Source: a virus | IMG/VR virus record: IMGVR_UViG_3300032286_000719 | Span: 32,001 to 96,000 of that record | Reading direction: 5' to 3' (one strand) | Length of the DNA: 64,000 bases | Shown here: positions 13,101-20,583 of the stretch, piece by piece | Layout: each line of letters opens with the position of its first letter | Position numbering within the stretch: the stretch's first letter is position 1 | Position numbers and translations under genes: made by a program | The notes under the pieces: model-generated | Database searches by the model: none | What the model was told of the DNA's origin: nothing | What the model saw: the letters and a program-made list of their open reading frames with translations, nothing else

Positions 13101-14831
13101 ACTGATGAACAAGTGGATGAAATGCCTAGTGAGACAGAGTTATTTGACATGATAGGTAAGTCTCCTGCAGACATGAGTCCTAAAGAATTAGCTGCACAAT
13201 CGTTTGTATTAGATGAATTCTTGAAATATTCCATGATGGCTAACCACATGTTTCAAGTTACACAAGGATCTAACTTTGATACAGCTACAATTAATGATCC
13301 ATATTTAGTAACTAAGAAACAAGTACAACTTGCTAAAGCACAAAAGACTATATTTTCTTCTGTAAATGAAGATGGTGATATAATCCCTGCTGTAGATGCT
13401 ATTCTTAGTAGTTCTTTTATAGGACCTCTTGCTGACACTATATATAATATACGTGATGCAAATGCTGAAATTCTTATATCTGATAAACCTAAGATAAGAG
13501 CTGTGCTAGAACCTGTTCTTATTCCTTATGCAGATCTTAATGATAGAGACTTCCTTAAGATTTCTCAGAAAACAGTGAATGATCTATTTGACTGGGCTGT
13601 ACAAAATAATAGAAAGCTTAACAACTCTATTAAGAAAATCTTATTAGGAACTGCAACAGAAAAAAGTGCTGCTAAACAACTTATTGAGTTTAGAGATAAA
13701 GTGTTAAAAGATAAGAATCATTCTTTGTTTGATAACTTGATTATCAACTCATTACAACTTGAAGCTGGTAATAAGATTATATTAGATGAATACAAACTAA
13801 GTGATGGTAATACTTATAAGAAAGAAGACATAAGCGAAGAGTTATTAAATAGATTAGGGTATCTTCCTAGACAAGTTAAAAAGATGATGAATATGTTTAT
13901 TCCTAAAGTGGATAACATTTCTATCAAAGGAAGAGATGGTAAAGTGTATGACCAAAACTTGATCATATATGGATTCGAAGAACTGAAAAAGAAACTTGGA
14001 GATGAGAACAAAGATCTTTATGGTAAACTTGTTAGACTTGCTGTAATACAGTCAGGACTTACTAACTCTCCTATTGCGTTCACTAATCTTCTTCCTTATG
14101 AAGACTTCAAAGAATTTTACAATCAAACGTTGTCAAATCTAGAAAATATACCTAATTTAGCTGACTTCAAGACATTAGATACAATGGAAAGAAACAACTG
14201 GAATAATACTAACATTGTATCTTATAGAAAAGGAAAGCTACAAGAAAGTAAATCAACTCCAGGAAGATGGTTTTATAAAGAAGAACAATTCTTAAGTAAA
14301 AAACTATCTAATAAAATGAAATCAGGAGAACTACCTAAAATGATTGTGTTCTCTAAAGGTTCAAAAGAAGGACGTAATGATTTTGTTTCATTCACTTGGG
14401 AAGATAAGATAACTAAGAACCAAAGAAAGAAAGCTAGAAGAACAGGTGATACAGCTCATATCAATAAAGGATTGTTTAAGAAAGTGTATACAGTGAATGA
14501 AGCTGGTAAAAGAGTTCCTTTGATTCAAGAATCTGAATATGATGGTAGAGTATATTTAAATTATGTATATAAAGCTATCAATGCTTGGGGTGATTCATTC
14601 AGAGCTCAAGAGTTTTATGGTAAAGAGTTTCCTTCAGAACGTTTATCAACAGTGTCTACACAATCTGTATTAGATAATGGATTCTTGAAAGTGACAAGAG
14701 AAGTGGAAGATAGTGAGATTGAATTGGCTCTTCTAGGTACAACACCTTCAATTGAAAAACCTGAAAATATTGCACAAGAAGAATGGGATGGTTTATCAGA
14801 TGAAGAAAAAATTAAAATAAAAGAATGTTAA
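1137..14831 (+). CDS. Giant virion-associated two-barrel RNA polymerase polyprotein (crAss-like vRNAP) with zincin-like domain
   Basis: 4564 aa; FRIPTQ followed by AGSDFDIDKL (DFDID at 12138-12152), the catalytic signature of crAss-like vRNAPs; YHEVFE...EELAEEF zincin-like motif near 7872; Gly/Ala-rich hydrophobic N-terminal segments and coiled coils. Confidence 0.9.
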   Translation: MPDPTNINFAGRPYVRGPLDPNLPSSPNTGFPGQRSGKALTPDDMINMQNSQLDLNEIRPGKTYLADVAGDLTGRYDTVVYGANNEDAWGAQQSTISRGVNGILKGTSLAATTVVGGFAALGGAVASLFTGRMSDIWDNPVMQNIDKWNEKLDQEYLPNYYTDQEKNAEWYSPDNWFTANFLFDKVIKNSGFAVGAVISGNLASGALGAAGSGIGRGAAALEANQAFKAFSPLLKGTARAFSAGKNAEAAAILEGRISSIADITERTSKLAQIAQQTNQFGKINDVGRRIGIAVYSQGGESAFEGLQTSNEFRKQLIEKQTIDNFGVAPNEEQLRKIDQQVEKLGKASFLANMALLAATEYVQLPKLLGSTYAAERQAANNLAGMTGDVILKDGKYIAKEAAKTKFGKLYNTVKGVGKYVFDPKEMRQEIGQYAIQIGSQNYYSKAFQGKDANVLVDGVLYGMFGTDESGKDVGALVSKEGLEGGLIGGLTGGVMQAKANYKMDKAVKTNTAAFLEELNTTPTFKEAVQYKMDAVNRGVKLQEQQQDAIEQGEKLEAKDLNADMMHNYLSPRIKYGRIDMVMDDISEMRKESMSEEGMASLKQLGLANANDTSITFNARLSKFEQTAKNTEQIFNSTNLRYSGEILREYTLETKDGIRNLTIEEYNKLDKEDKAKAKANGKPILNEKGEKQRKYSDQVIDQMIYTASKVADYDVRIPEVSMLPVSQGVLVQDIINEELTNPESTALADKLAELDANPEVDTPEVKQDLIDSVELAMRRKEYLKEYNDLITNPSKYNQQREEFKDPEEIAKAKETISIKTKRGPRDIEIGTEYFLGKVTDKSKGGKDVYRAPRLIVLGRNEDGTIKVQDSDGVIHDVKESTLERYNLGKVESTLKNKKAKFYMEHWNTVYEFNFGAKTGGKQKGRIEYDPEENKMLFVYNNKKGERKEIEVTGDQFVPNKKKGFTEPMIKAIDELTAVQKQALAAFTSETDPRLDAKREARLAILTELFDELAGRQDKIQKTIDQKQKELTKAKEEYEALAKEIEEAGLDKRNKKVDKFKATTSRALENAMKLSRMQEQIEREIEDLTTDSEEIEATLAYITDMADNIDEYSTNFKDFMNELQEEILDLEILQETTKKQITILSKLGRETQNALDATIDYLSKLISNFESKYPNVPRLMGQDWVDFLKDNPNFLKLKPNYRSDLQMIDDIVAEMEDGEININETRLKDVIEHLDILQGSLDETQREIEAKEAILNKFRDIAEKYKQQKAEEKRLQNDLALRKEYLGTNSDAVQSFFSNEYYEASAKKDDLELVSSTVAVTRGKKGEQIREHHARANRFGFNMHKFANRDDIRGVVVTSKTEETLGIEGLMNHLTDGGRAVDDKGKPIDPNKIIALVMVQDNGDGTITMVDENGTPFTADQLADPINNAIYQVFPNSELEANYRNPEGDIERGSMFRKQTEDGSLTDAQKSLQLQYAKWRDDRLKEIKLPEAQPVSESFGIPDYVTRLDEKGKEVRDLDARVAVTETGMVSESDLLEDNVLMVATKNDSVTYGNVTFNTPQGRVFLKVPGGLLKLKNRQLNEKEVNAIYDVMLQVTKNTQRDGTTKTKETQYLFDWLKTIVYWGIPRNTQTGERKENPGYNSVWFEDVTEGNKSFTKLFMSGIGAEPFDFTTTGLQNKENEIKAVLRGMYNNVNATLVNERSFRDDYTEILGIDENGEPIKKEWDNYQTYLLSPEGRTADEIPLVTQVRPLTNPDIPNKKGIYFTMDSISDDFEIPKAPPVATAAPAPKAPAKPNVKKDALERIKNTVTTEEDIEPFMDGIFNIIDQDKYIAWQETLDQEELAIDLGNLLEGVEQDEAKIYNITSKYLLNKYIDQLLAEANKTAAAAPAATTAATQKEYDLEGGENNYALGKYGNLSFKMNGQEFVDTNEEKGFTITFVGSTMDAFMNDRGITDQEEAKAIVYGAILAKLRPQLDALKTKTKVPAANAPQTTFQLNGLAENTVQIGGYGKIVFTLDGKKFNETGDGFNIQFGSYDGEVTKGVMQAKGITQPEAQELIGNDIYAKVYTQLEAMKVPVEPPLATPFTPNVPPDVIGADEYANFIDNGIVTEDRINSIAEKIKNNEQLSPKEMEIFTDKTSEINAKLADEEVVVPTPPTQPKTTGAQMLASRQRKQAPDDSAMRVVLAEQARKFQGEDWSKLEEGIKKMLPNVPIYRVKNIIQATNGRQAWGMLHNGAIYIYENAEVGTVYHEVFEAVWKMFADPSEKEAILKEFASRPGTFVDRETGKTVEYKYATAFQIKEELAEEFRDAVLNDKLGIPNESKSLIGRLFSQLIDFIKSFFTGNNAQRNTRELFNKIGNGYYNTYNPYMSQLAYAKVGIIDIENATADITSDLRVEGIPGVQLHEVIEEMTFITLKDMIDRKESLFNVVKPRQKELYQMLQVRMSDVIGHQIDLVEDNMADGTTTKKDGAKQKNDLEALYINVFDKWDDIIELHKQKLKTFDIQFDENDELVLGDEDASGKSDWQDARKIDSFRKANGAVKLLLGTLPVSYVDTTDGVRKLRNKRSSIGGAILLPADEVFIKLKNKLHNSLSPNEMLATLKDMAKTDPTYENLYARLTKTSPSATIDFKSFDQSTIQLFSAFWKAMKSQNADAISVFVLPGGEVIVSDSTLTSAAKQAKRDMTTDMIDKIKSDSKLFTYDNKTGRYFATDVIKSMQLTGSDLSSYTKLLEELGIEFNIKDIKKLKDDKLLNFTDAVEGIKQTFIELNDQGKAKTEAEIAADEANGEVARGITVLTPRTLNIEGRLMQLGLTKAFIENKSFESTYFNMNGERTQTYIGVNALSSLHNVLSKLNNIKELDTQPEYSQYRYLRTDVFAKGSVLLQKMFNLDPKKGTGNRIKGTEDLGKSVYIDGMDNQRKGKKKESSKLTAKERIVQELNLNVNGYYLNLVPGDASIEWAVKMGEFLNGKSFIDGKHYEIFKNYFMSELELARDDRFVVEGKKATDLRFFKAILGEELNNEITSDKYKNTPAEEVYDAFESKIKRAVDAFIEQDAKDTRELLGDYGIVFYSDEGLTIEDVEFENSSDIKLTEESLQDRLKLLSVNYMIANIEMHKILYSDPYQYSDELKRIKNFNSPRQALMTGSQDINDALDAVYNKGYKPGDAGYTDMNNEFFRAITMGDVLSASDLKDYDPYKETDGGGYILDKANRIFGIRSGEWTEANEAQYRHDIEYMELVKAGATKRELERFDRKSPNVASTYTPRKPIVSGNKQDGRNYNDVVLHKFALLPLSFRLLHKMNPNSNAIKLYDKMMNENIDYAVFETGVKVGAEKISPLYDKDGNFDETPFEDPNALIDIYEKQAVSKIPFSIMGVQAEIPSKEANYVTQGSQITKLVTMDFMEAGVPIDFETKDSKGNVITDFNARFIKWMGMSEAEKNDSSELYRDIKHNQELLQAKIENGYKTLLKKLGIKETIGANGKKSFRISDVNKLVDTLEDEILKREVNYNITDAFNGFKNGDVVLEATPAYQQIRNILYSIADKNVTSPKISGGMKVQIPNTLLESKRPGQQVVKGKNVYSSDLLRFYSRNENGKPINVCQIMVAPWFKSTMSEDELIDYFNNDPEGKKEFQAIMGVAFRIPTQKQNSIDVFEIAKFLPEGYKDSVVIPSELVMKAGSDFDIDKLSIYLKNIYPGEDGKPKVIPYLGIGEKAIAKFGKMYDDGAFNEYLRSKKLLQKGESVDKLMEAIFPEDYSFQREDVIEDLYRQSLENEYIDSLQKLVSNDLNFDNLIKPNSADDLKGLSKEINDKLGNPEIDYGDVKNMLSRTFMTNLRHAFVTGKYAIGIAAVNQTNNAQNQRTPIFIDPEKIETIVNEEDREWLGDGKIKFKEYNSIMVNGERYATLSKIKSADNKTYISDTIGQFIDGYVDIAKGPWIMRLGATPNVASTWLFLAKVGVPIKTVGYFMNQPIVREYLKTIQNNGYSWLFIDNFVADAKYEYLTDEQVDEMPSETELFDMIGKSPADMSPKELAAQSFVLDEFLKYSMMANHMFQVTQGSNFDTATINDPYLVTKKQVQLAKAQKTIFSSVNEDGDIIPAVDAILSSSFIGPLADTIYNIRDANAEILISDKPKIRAVLEPVLIPYADLNDRDFLKISQKTVNDLFDWAVQNNRKLNNSIKKILLGTATEKSAAKQLIEFRDKVLKDKNHSLFDNLIINSLQLEAGNKIILDEYKLSDGNTYKKEDISEELLNRLGYLPRQVKKMMNMFIPKVDNISIKGRDGKVYDQNLIIYGFEELKKKLGDENKDLYGKLVRLAVIQSGLTNSPIAFTNLLPYEDFKEFYNQTLSNLENIPNLADFKTLDTMERNNWNNTNIVSYRKGKLQESKSTPGRWFYKEEQFLSKKLSNKMKSGELPKMIVFSKGSKEGRNDFVSFTWEDKITKNQRKKARRTGDTAHINKGLFKKVYTVNEAGKRVPLIQESEYDGRVYLNYVYKAINAWGDSFRAQEFYGKEFPSERLSTVSTQSVLDNGFLKVTREVEDSEIELALLGTTPSIEKPENIAQEEWDGLSDEEKIKIKEC

Positions 14832-14832
14832 T

Positions 14833-17800
14833 ATGGCATATTGTGTAAACAGAAGCTCACCAGAGTTTAAAGCATTAGCTGAACAATCTAATATCAATCC
14901 AGTAATTCTTGCTGCAAAGGTTTCTTTGTGGCAAGAAAAGAATGGATTAGATAGCTTTCCTAACTTGGATGACATAGAGATCAAGTCATTTCCTAAACTT
15001 GATATTAAACCTGAAGAGTTTGTTTCTCTTCAATTAGAGGATATGCCTGCGTCTAAAGCTTCTGATCAGACAGTTTCTTTAATGAGAGCTGTAGCTAAAC
15101 AGATGGATGTAGATATACAATCGCTAGATGAATATGCTAAAGGTAATCCTGATATAAATGTTAAAGGAATAAATGGACTTGCTGATCTATTTAAAGGAGT
15201 GATAGCTGTTGCCCAGGGTAAGGAAAACTATGCTATAACAGAAGAGGTGATACACATAGCTACAGCTATCATAGAACAAACTAACCCAAGAGTTATTACA
15301 GAAATGATCTCTAAGATAGGTAGATTCAAAATCTATGATGAGACATTAAAAGCTTACAAAAATAATAAGGCATATCAACTATCTAATGGTAAACCAGACA
15401 TCAGAAAGATAAAAAAGGAAGCTGTGGATAAACTTATAGCTGAATTGATTATCAATGAATCTGAAGGCTCTACACAGTTTCCTGAGTTAATGGATGAAGC
15501 TAATCGTTCTATGATTCAGAAATTTTTTGATTTTATTCTTGATTTAATTAAATTACAATATAGAAAGTCTAATATAGATATATTCCAACAAACTTCTAAT
15601 AGAGTGTTGTCTGGTAAAGTGGGTGGTATAGTTTCTGATATAACTAATGGTGGTATATTCTATCAAGTTAAGAACTCTGCTGTAGATAAACTTTATGATA
15701 TAATTGCAGATTTCAATGAAAGAATAACATTAGTTGATCAAACAATAAACGCAGCAGGTGAAACAATACCTAGACACTATGAAATTGATGGACTGCCTGA
15801 ACAGATTCCTTCTGTAACAGCAAAACTTAAAAAGAGTAGTAAAATGCCTGATAGAACTGATCTTCAGAAGTTCTTAGATGATCAGAAAAAAGATTGGGGA
15901 ACTGAGATACATGATTACATAGACAAATACATTACTAATAATCTTATTGATAAGAATGGATATAAATTAGCTACTCCTTTAAATGATGCGATAGCAACTA
16001 AACTTACTCCTAAAATTAAAGAACGAGTAGAACAATTTAGTAAAGAGCTTATCAACTCTTATGAGCCAGGTACACGTTTTATATTAGAAGCAAAAGCAAT
16101 TAATGAAAAGGTGAAAGGTAAACTTGCATCTAAAATTGACTTCATTGCTATTGAGCCTTATACAAAAGAAGATGGTACAGAGGATGTTAAAGTGGATATC
16201 CTTGACTGGAAAACTACATCTGTGAACAAAAGTCTTGATGAAGATATCCATTGGGGTAAACAGAAAGATTGGAAAGCTCAGATGGGTGAGTATACAAAAA
16301 TGCTTTACAACTATGGATTGAAGCCTAATCAATTGAGAAAGGCCAGAATGATTCCTTTTGTAATAAATTATAAATACGCTGTTGAAGGAAAACCTGAAAG
16401 TGGATTCTCTGCTCCTACATCAATGGAGATAGGTAAGTTGAATTCATTAGAAGAAACAAACTTATATTTACTTCCTGTTCCTATCAATTCAGAAACTACA
16501 GGTAATGCAAAGATTGATTCTCTTGTTAAATCATTAAGAGAGCAATGGGAAAAACTATATAAGAAACCAGTGCCTGCTGAAGATAGATATGCTAAGATTT
16601 TAGAAATCAATAAGTTAAGTGATGCTATTCGTAATCTACATGTTAGATTAAACTTCTCACCTCTTGTAACTGTAGGTAAATCATTCTTGAATAACGCAAG
16701 AACTGCATTAGATGACTTTGCTAATGTAGACTATGAAACAATAAGTAAAGAGGAGCTAGATAAAAAACTAGGGGACTTAATTGAGTATGGTGCTAGTGCT
16801 GTAAAGTTTACATCAATGGACCAAGTGTTTCTTTCTCAATATGAAAGAGAAGGAATGACTGATGAAAACAAAAAGACATTAAAGGAACTAGAGCATATAT
16901 CTTCTATGGCAGGCAGAATGTTGAATGAGATTTCTGAATTACAGAGTCAATACGCTGTACACTTAGGAATGAAAGAAGGCATCACTACAGAGAAAACAAA
17001 AGAAACTATACTTAATGCTGAAAGAGAGATTGATGGTTTTGCTAAGACATTCTTAGAAGGATCTAAACTTTCTGCTAAAATCATCAAGCTTGCTTCTAAT
17101 TTAATTATGAATGCAAAGAGTCTTGTAAACATTGAGTTTGCTAGAAAAATGAAGGAGTATGAAAAAATACTTATTCCATTAGAGAAAGAAGCTGCAGCCA
17201 GAGGTGTGAAAGCATTTGACTTGATTGGGACAATGTCTCCAACAGGATTAAATCTTATCAAGAAGTTTGATCCAGCATTCTGGACTGAAATGAAAGATGC
17301 TAGAGAGAAACGTGATAAATCTTTCTTCTTAAAGAACATGAATATCACTGAGTATGATAAACTTTCTAAAGCTGCAATTGAAAAAGGATTGGCAGATCTT
17401 GATAAAACTGTATTCTCAAATGATGCAGAGGAAGATTCATTACAACGTTCTTGGAGAAAAGCTAAACTTAGAGACTCATTAGATATACACAGTGAGAAAT
17501 TTGATGGATATGATAACTACAGATTCAAACAGTTGTTCAGAGAAACAATGATTGAAGAAGGACATCTATCTAAAGAGTATGAAGACTTACGTAAAAACAA
17601 AGCTGCACATGATGTATGGCAATTTTTTACTGACTTAAATGTTAAAGCTGCTAAAATGGGATACCTTGATAAACAAGGAAGTTCTTTCTTTCCATTAATA
17701 GAAGCTACAATGCTTCAGAAGTTTGCACAAACAGATGACCTGTCTGCTCAAGCAAAAGAATCTTTGTGGACAGACTTTTATCAAACTAGGATAAATGAAG

Positions 17801-19668
17801 AACAGAATCTTTCTAAGATAGATCCTGAGACAGGTAAGGTGAGAAAATCAATTCCTAAATACTTTACTCGAACAGATAAATCTGTAAATCAATTGTCTAC
17901 AGATCTTAATAAGATTGGGGCACTGTGGGTTAAGTCTTTATTTGAATATGAGAGTTCTAAAAACTTAGAGAACACTCTACTTACATTACATGCTGTTGAG
18001 AAAGCTAAAGGAAGTCTTATAGTTGAGAATGGTGTGGTTCAGTTTACAGATGGAGAGTTAAGTGTAAATGAATCAGAGAACAAGAACGCAGATGTATTAA
18101 GAACAATCATTGATGATGGACTGTATAAACTAGGACAAGATCTTGGGTCATTAGGAAATGTTGGTTTTGCTACACTTGGAGAAAAACTTGGTAAGACAGA
18201 AGAAGAAAAAGAAGCAAAGGCAGTGAATGCTAAAAAGCTGTTAAGTAATGCTGACTCATTAACTAGATCTCTTGCTGTTGGTCTTAAACCTCTTATTGCT
18301 ATAGCTAACTTTGTAGGATATAATTTCCAGGCATTTGTTAATGAAGGAACTATGTATTCATTTAAAGAATTTCAAAAGAACAACTTCAAGGTTGTTACAG
18401 GAAATAACTTCAGTGTAATACAAAAAGGACTTCTAGATCTTATTGTACCATTGAATGAAGATGTAACTACAGAAGAAAGAAGAAAAATAGCTAAGAAACA
18501 AGGACTTGGTAAATACTTATCTACATGGACATTTACTGATGTGATGATGTCAACTAACTCTTTTGCTGAGAGAAGATTACAAATGGGTAATGCATTGAGC
18601 ATTATTGATAACTCAATGGTGGTAGATGGTAAGATTGTGAACATAGTTCAATATCTAAAACAGCAAGATAGAAATGCTAGAAAAGGATTGTCTGAGAGTG
18701 AAAGAAAGGCTTTGGAAAAATCATTCAAAGAGAGAGTAAAAGAACTAAAAGAATCTTCTTCATTAGATAAGGTGGCTACCATTGAAAATGATGAGGTGAT
18801 TATTCCAGGAGTGAGTGATCTTGAACTTGCTAAATTCAGAACAATGATTGTTGAGTATGGTAGAAAGCTTAATGGACAGATGAATGAAGACAATAAAGCT
18901 GGCTATAGAAGAGATACTATATTCAGTTCATTCATGATGTTCAAGAACTGGATGCCTAAATTGGTTGCTGAGCATACATTAGGAATTGACAAGAATGCAG
19001 AACTTGATAAATGGGAGTATGGTAGAACTAGAGCATTTGTTAAAACCTGGCAACATGTAGGGTTTAGAAACATAGCAAAAATGAGAGCCATCATAACTGG
19101 TACTGATGAAGGATTGCAAATTCTTAATGAAATGCTTGAAGCTAAGAAGTTGGACTATTTCAAAAAGACTGGTCAAGAATTAGAGATTACAGAAGAAGAG
19201 TTTCAAGATCTTATAAGAGAACAGATAGCTAATCAAATGAAAGAACTATATTTATTATTTAGTGTAATAGGTTTAGTTATTGCAGCTAAAGCAGCTGAAC
19301 CACCAGAAGATGCTACAGATGAAGAAAAGAATAAATACAAATGGACTCTAAAACTTGTAAACAAAGTGTCTGATGAGATTACATTCTATTACAATCCTCT
19401 ATCATTTGAAAGTATGACAAAAGGATCTGTAATTCCATCTCTTGGACTTTTAACTAGAGCTACACAAGTGATGTGGTATACAAGTAGAGAAATGTATGGA
19501 GAAGCAACAGATGATGAACAGATGATTGAGAAGTCACATCCTACTAAATATTTCTTTAATATGATTCCTGTAGCTGCACAATTTCAAAATGAACTACTTC
19601 CTTATTTATATCCAGAACTAGCTAAAGAACAAGGCATAAGAGTTACTGGTGAAGCTAGATCTAGATAA
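14833..19668 (+). CDS. Large virion cargo protein with degenerate zincin motif and PD-(D/E)xK nuclease domain
   Basis: 1611 aa; EEVIH at 15241; PSVT...GTEIH...E...KIDFI...ILDWKT...Q..Y RecB-like pattern at about 15800-16300; hydrophobic segment near C-terminus; adjacent to vRNAP. Confidence 0.65.
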   Translation: MAYCVNRSSPEFKALAEQSNINPVILAAKVSLWQEKNGLDSFPNLDDIEIKSFPKLDIKPEEFVSLQLEDMPASKASDQTVSLMRAVAKQMDVDIQSLDEYAKGNPDINVKGINGLADLFKGVIAVAQGKENYAITEEVIHIATAIIEQTNPRVITEMISKIGRFKIYDETLKAYKNNKAYQLSNGKPDIRKIKKEAVDKLIAELIINESEGSTQFPELMDEANRSMIQKFFDFILDLIKLQYRKSNIDIFQQTSNRVLSGKVGGIVSDITNGGIFYQVKNSAVDKLYDIIADFNERITLVDQTINAAGETIPRHYEIDGLPEQIPSVTAKLKKSSKMPDRTDLQKFLDDQKKDWGTEIHDYIDKYITNNLIDKNGYKLATPLNDAIATKLTPKIKERVEQFSKELINSYEPGTRFILEAKAINEKVKGKLASKIDFIAIEPYTKEDGTEDVKVDILDWKTTSVNKSLDEDIHWGKQKDWKAQMGEYTKMLYNYGLKPNQLRKARMIPFVINYKYAVEGKPESGFSAPTSMEIGKLNSLEETNLYLLPVPINSETTGNAKIDSLVKSLREQWEKLYKKPVPAEDRYAKILEINKLSDAIRNLHVRLNFSPLVTVGKSFLNNARTALDDFANVDYETISKEELDKKLGDLIEYGASAVKFTSMDQVFLSQYEREGMTDENKKTLKELEHISSMAGRMLNEISELQSQYAVHLGMKEGITTEKTKETILNAEREIDGFAKTFLEGSKLSAKIIKLASNLIMNAKSLVNIEFARKMKEYEKILIPLEKEAAARGVKAFDLIGTMSPTGLNLIKKFDPAFWTEMKDAREKRDKSFFLKNMNITEYDKLSKAAIEKGLADLDKTVFSNDAEEDSLQRSWRKAKLRDSLDIHSEKFDGYDNYRFKQLFRETMIEEGHLSKEYEDLRKNKAAHDVWQFFTDLNVKAAKMGYLDKQGSSFFPLIEATMLQKFAQTDDLSAQAKESLWTDFYQTRINEEQNLSKIDPETGKVRKSIPKYFTRTDKSVNQLSTDLNKIGALWVKSLFEYESSKNLENTLLTLHAVEKAKGSLIVENGVVQFTDGELSVNESENKNADVLRTIIDDGLYKLGQDLGSLGNVGFATLGEKLGKTEEEKEAKAVNAKKLLSNADSLTRSLAVGLKPLIAIANFVGYNFQAFVNEGTMYSFKEFQKNNFKVVTGNNFSVIQKGLLDLIVPLNEDVTTEERRKIAKKQGLGKYLSTWTFTDVMMSTNSFAERRLQMGNALSIIDNSMVVDGKIVNIVQYLKQQDRNARKGLSESERKALEKSFKERVKELKESSSLDKVATIENDEVIIPGVSDLELAKFRTMIVEYGRKLNGQMNEDNKAGYRRDTIFSSFMMFKNWMPKLVAEHTLGIDKNAELDKWEYGRTRAFVKTWQHVGFRNIAKMRAIITGTDEGLQILNEMLEAKKLDYFKKTGQELEITEEEFQDLIREQIANQMKELYLLFSVIGLVIAAKAAEPPEDATDEEKNKYKWTLKLVNKVSDEITFYYNPLSFESMTKGSVIPSLGLLTRATQVMWYTSREMYGEATDDEQMIEKSHPTKYFFNMIPVAAQFQNELLPYLYPELAKEQGIRVTGEARSR

Positions 19669-19724
19669 CGCTATATTATATCATTTATTTGATACACCCT
19701 CTTTCAAAATACATAATTAATAAT

Positions 19725-19732
19725 TAAATTTG
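19725..19732 (+). promoter_or_regulatory. Bacteroidota-type -7 promoter element TAAATTTG
   Basis: Matches TAnnTTTG in an intergenic gap, 5 nt before the ATG at 19738. Confidence 0.55.
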
Positions 19733-19737
19733 CTCAC

Positions 19738-20127
19738 ATGAGAACAGCTGCAATTTGCCCAACCTGTGCTACGTATGAGAATGCTAAATGCATTATATAC
19801 AATGGCCCAATCCTTACTAATATAAATGTAAATCCTTTAGAGGATCTACCAACTATATTAGCAAAGATAAATACTAACTTAGTACCAAAAACTGGTACCA
19901 CTGCTCCTAGCATCCCTGCTATATATCTAGGACAAACTTATTTAAATACAACCACAAAGCTGCTATACTTTGCTAAGTCTGTAGGTACAGGAGCAACAGA
20001 CTGGAATCTTGTATTAACAGCACCTACTGTCACTCCTCAATTTGCTAACAACTCTGCTGCAGTATTTGCTGGTTTAGTTCCTGGACAAATATATCGTACA
20101 GGAGATCTTCTTAAAATAGTTCATTAA
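19738..20127 (+). CDS. Hypothetical, probably structural protein
   Basis: 129-aa ORF; Cys-containing N-terminus; GQTYLNTT and GQIYRTG fibre-like motifs. Confidence 0.5.
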   Translation: MRTAAICPTCATYENAKCIIYNGPILTNINVNPLEDLPTILAKINTNLVPKTGTTAPSIPAIYLGQTYLNTTTKLLYFAKSVGTGATDWNLVLTAPTVTPQFANNSAAVFAGLVPGQIYRTGDLLKIVH

Positions 20128-20145
20128 CAATCTATTGCTCCCTAA

Positions 20146-20583
20146 ATGAAAACATTTCTTTTACAACTATTAACAGCCCTACTTTTATTCTTTGCACCAA
20201 TTCAACAGTTAGTTATTGTTGTAGGTCTAGCAATCTTGTGTGACACATTCACAGGTATTTATAAATCAGTTAAATTACATGGATGGAAATCTATTCGTAG
20301 TAGAAAGTTATCAAACATAATAAGCAAAATGGTTCTTTATGAGGTGGCAATTATTGTCCTCTATCCAATTGATAAATTTTTATTGAACGAACTATTACTA
20401 AACATTGTTTCAGTTCAATACTTTTCTACAAAAGTTGCATGTGTTCTTCTTATTCTTGTAGAAATAACATCAATTAAAGAAAACATAGAAGCAGCTTTAA
20501 AGATTGACATTTGGAAAACATTAAAAAACTTTATCAAAAGAGCAAAAGAAGTATCAAATAACTACGATGAAATCAAAAATTAA
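20146..20583 (+). CDS. Holin (phage holin 4-like)
   Basis: Several hydrophobic helices; DTFTG...SRKL...K and EITSIKEN motifs; upstream of endolysin. Confidence 0.75.
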   Translation: MKTFLLQLLTALLLFFAPIQQLVIVVGLAILCDTFTGIYKSVKLHGWKSIRSRKLSNIISKMVLYEVAIIVLYPIDKFLLNELLLNIVSVQYFSTKVACVLLILVEITSIKENIEAALKIDIWKTLKNFIKRAKEVSNNYDEIKN

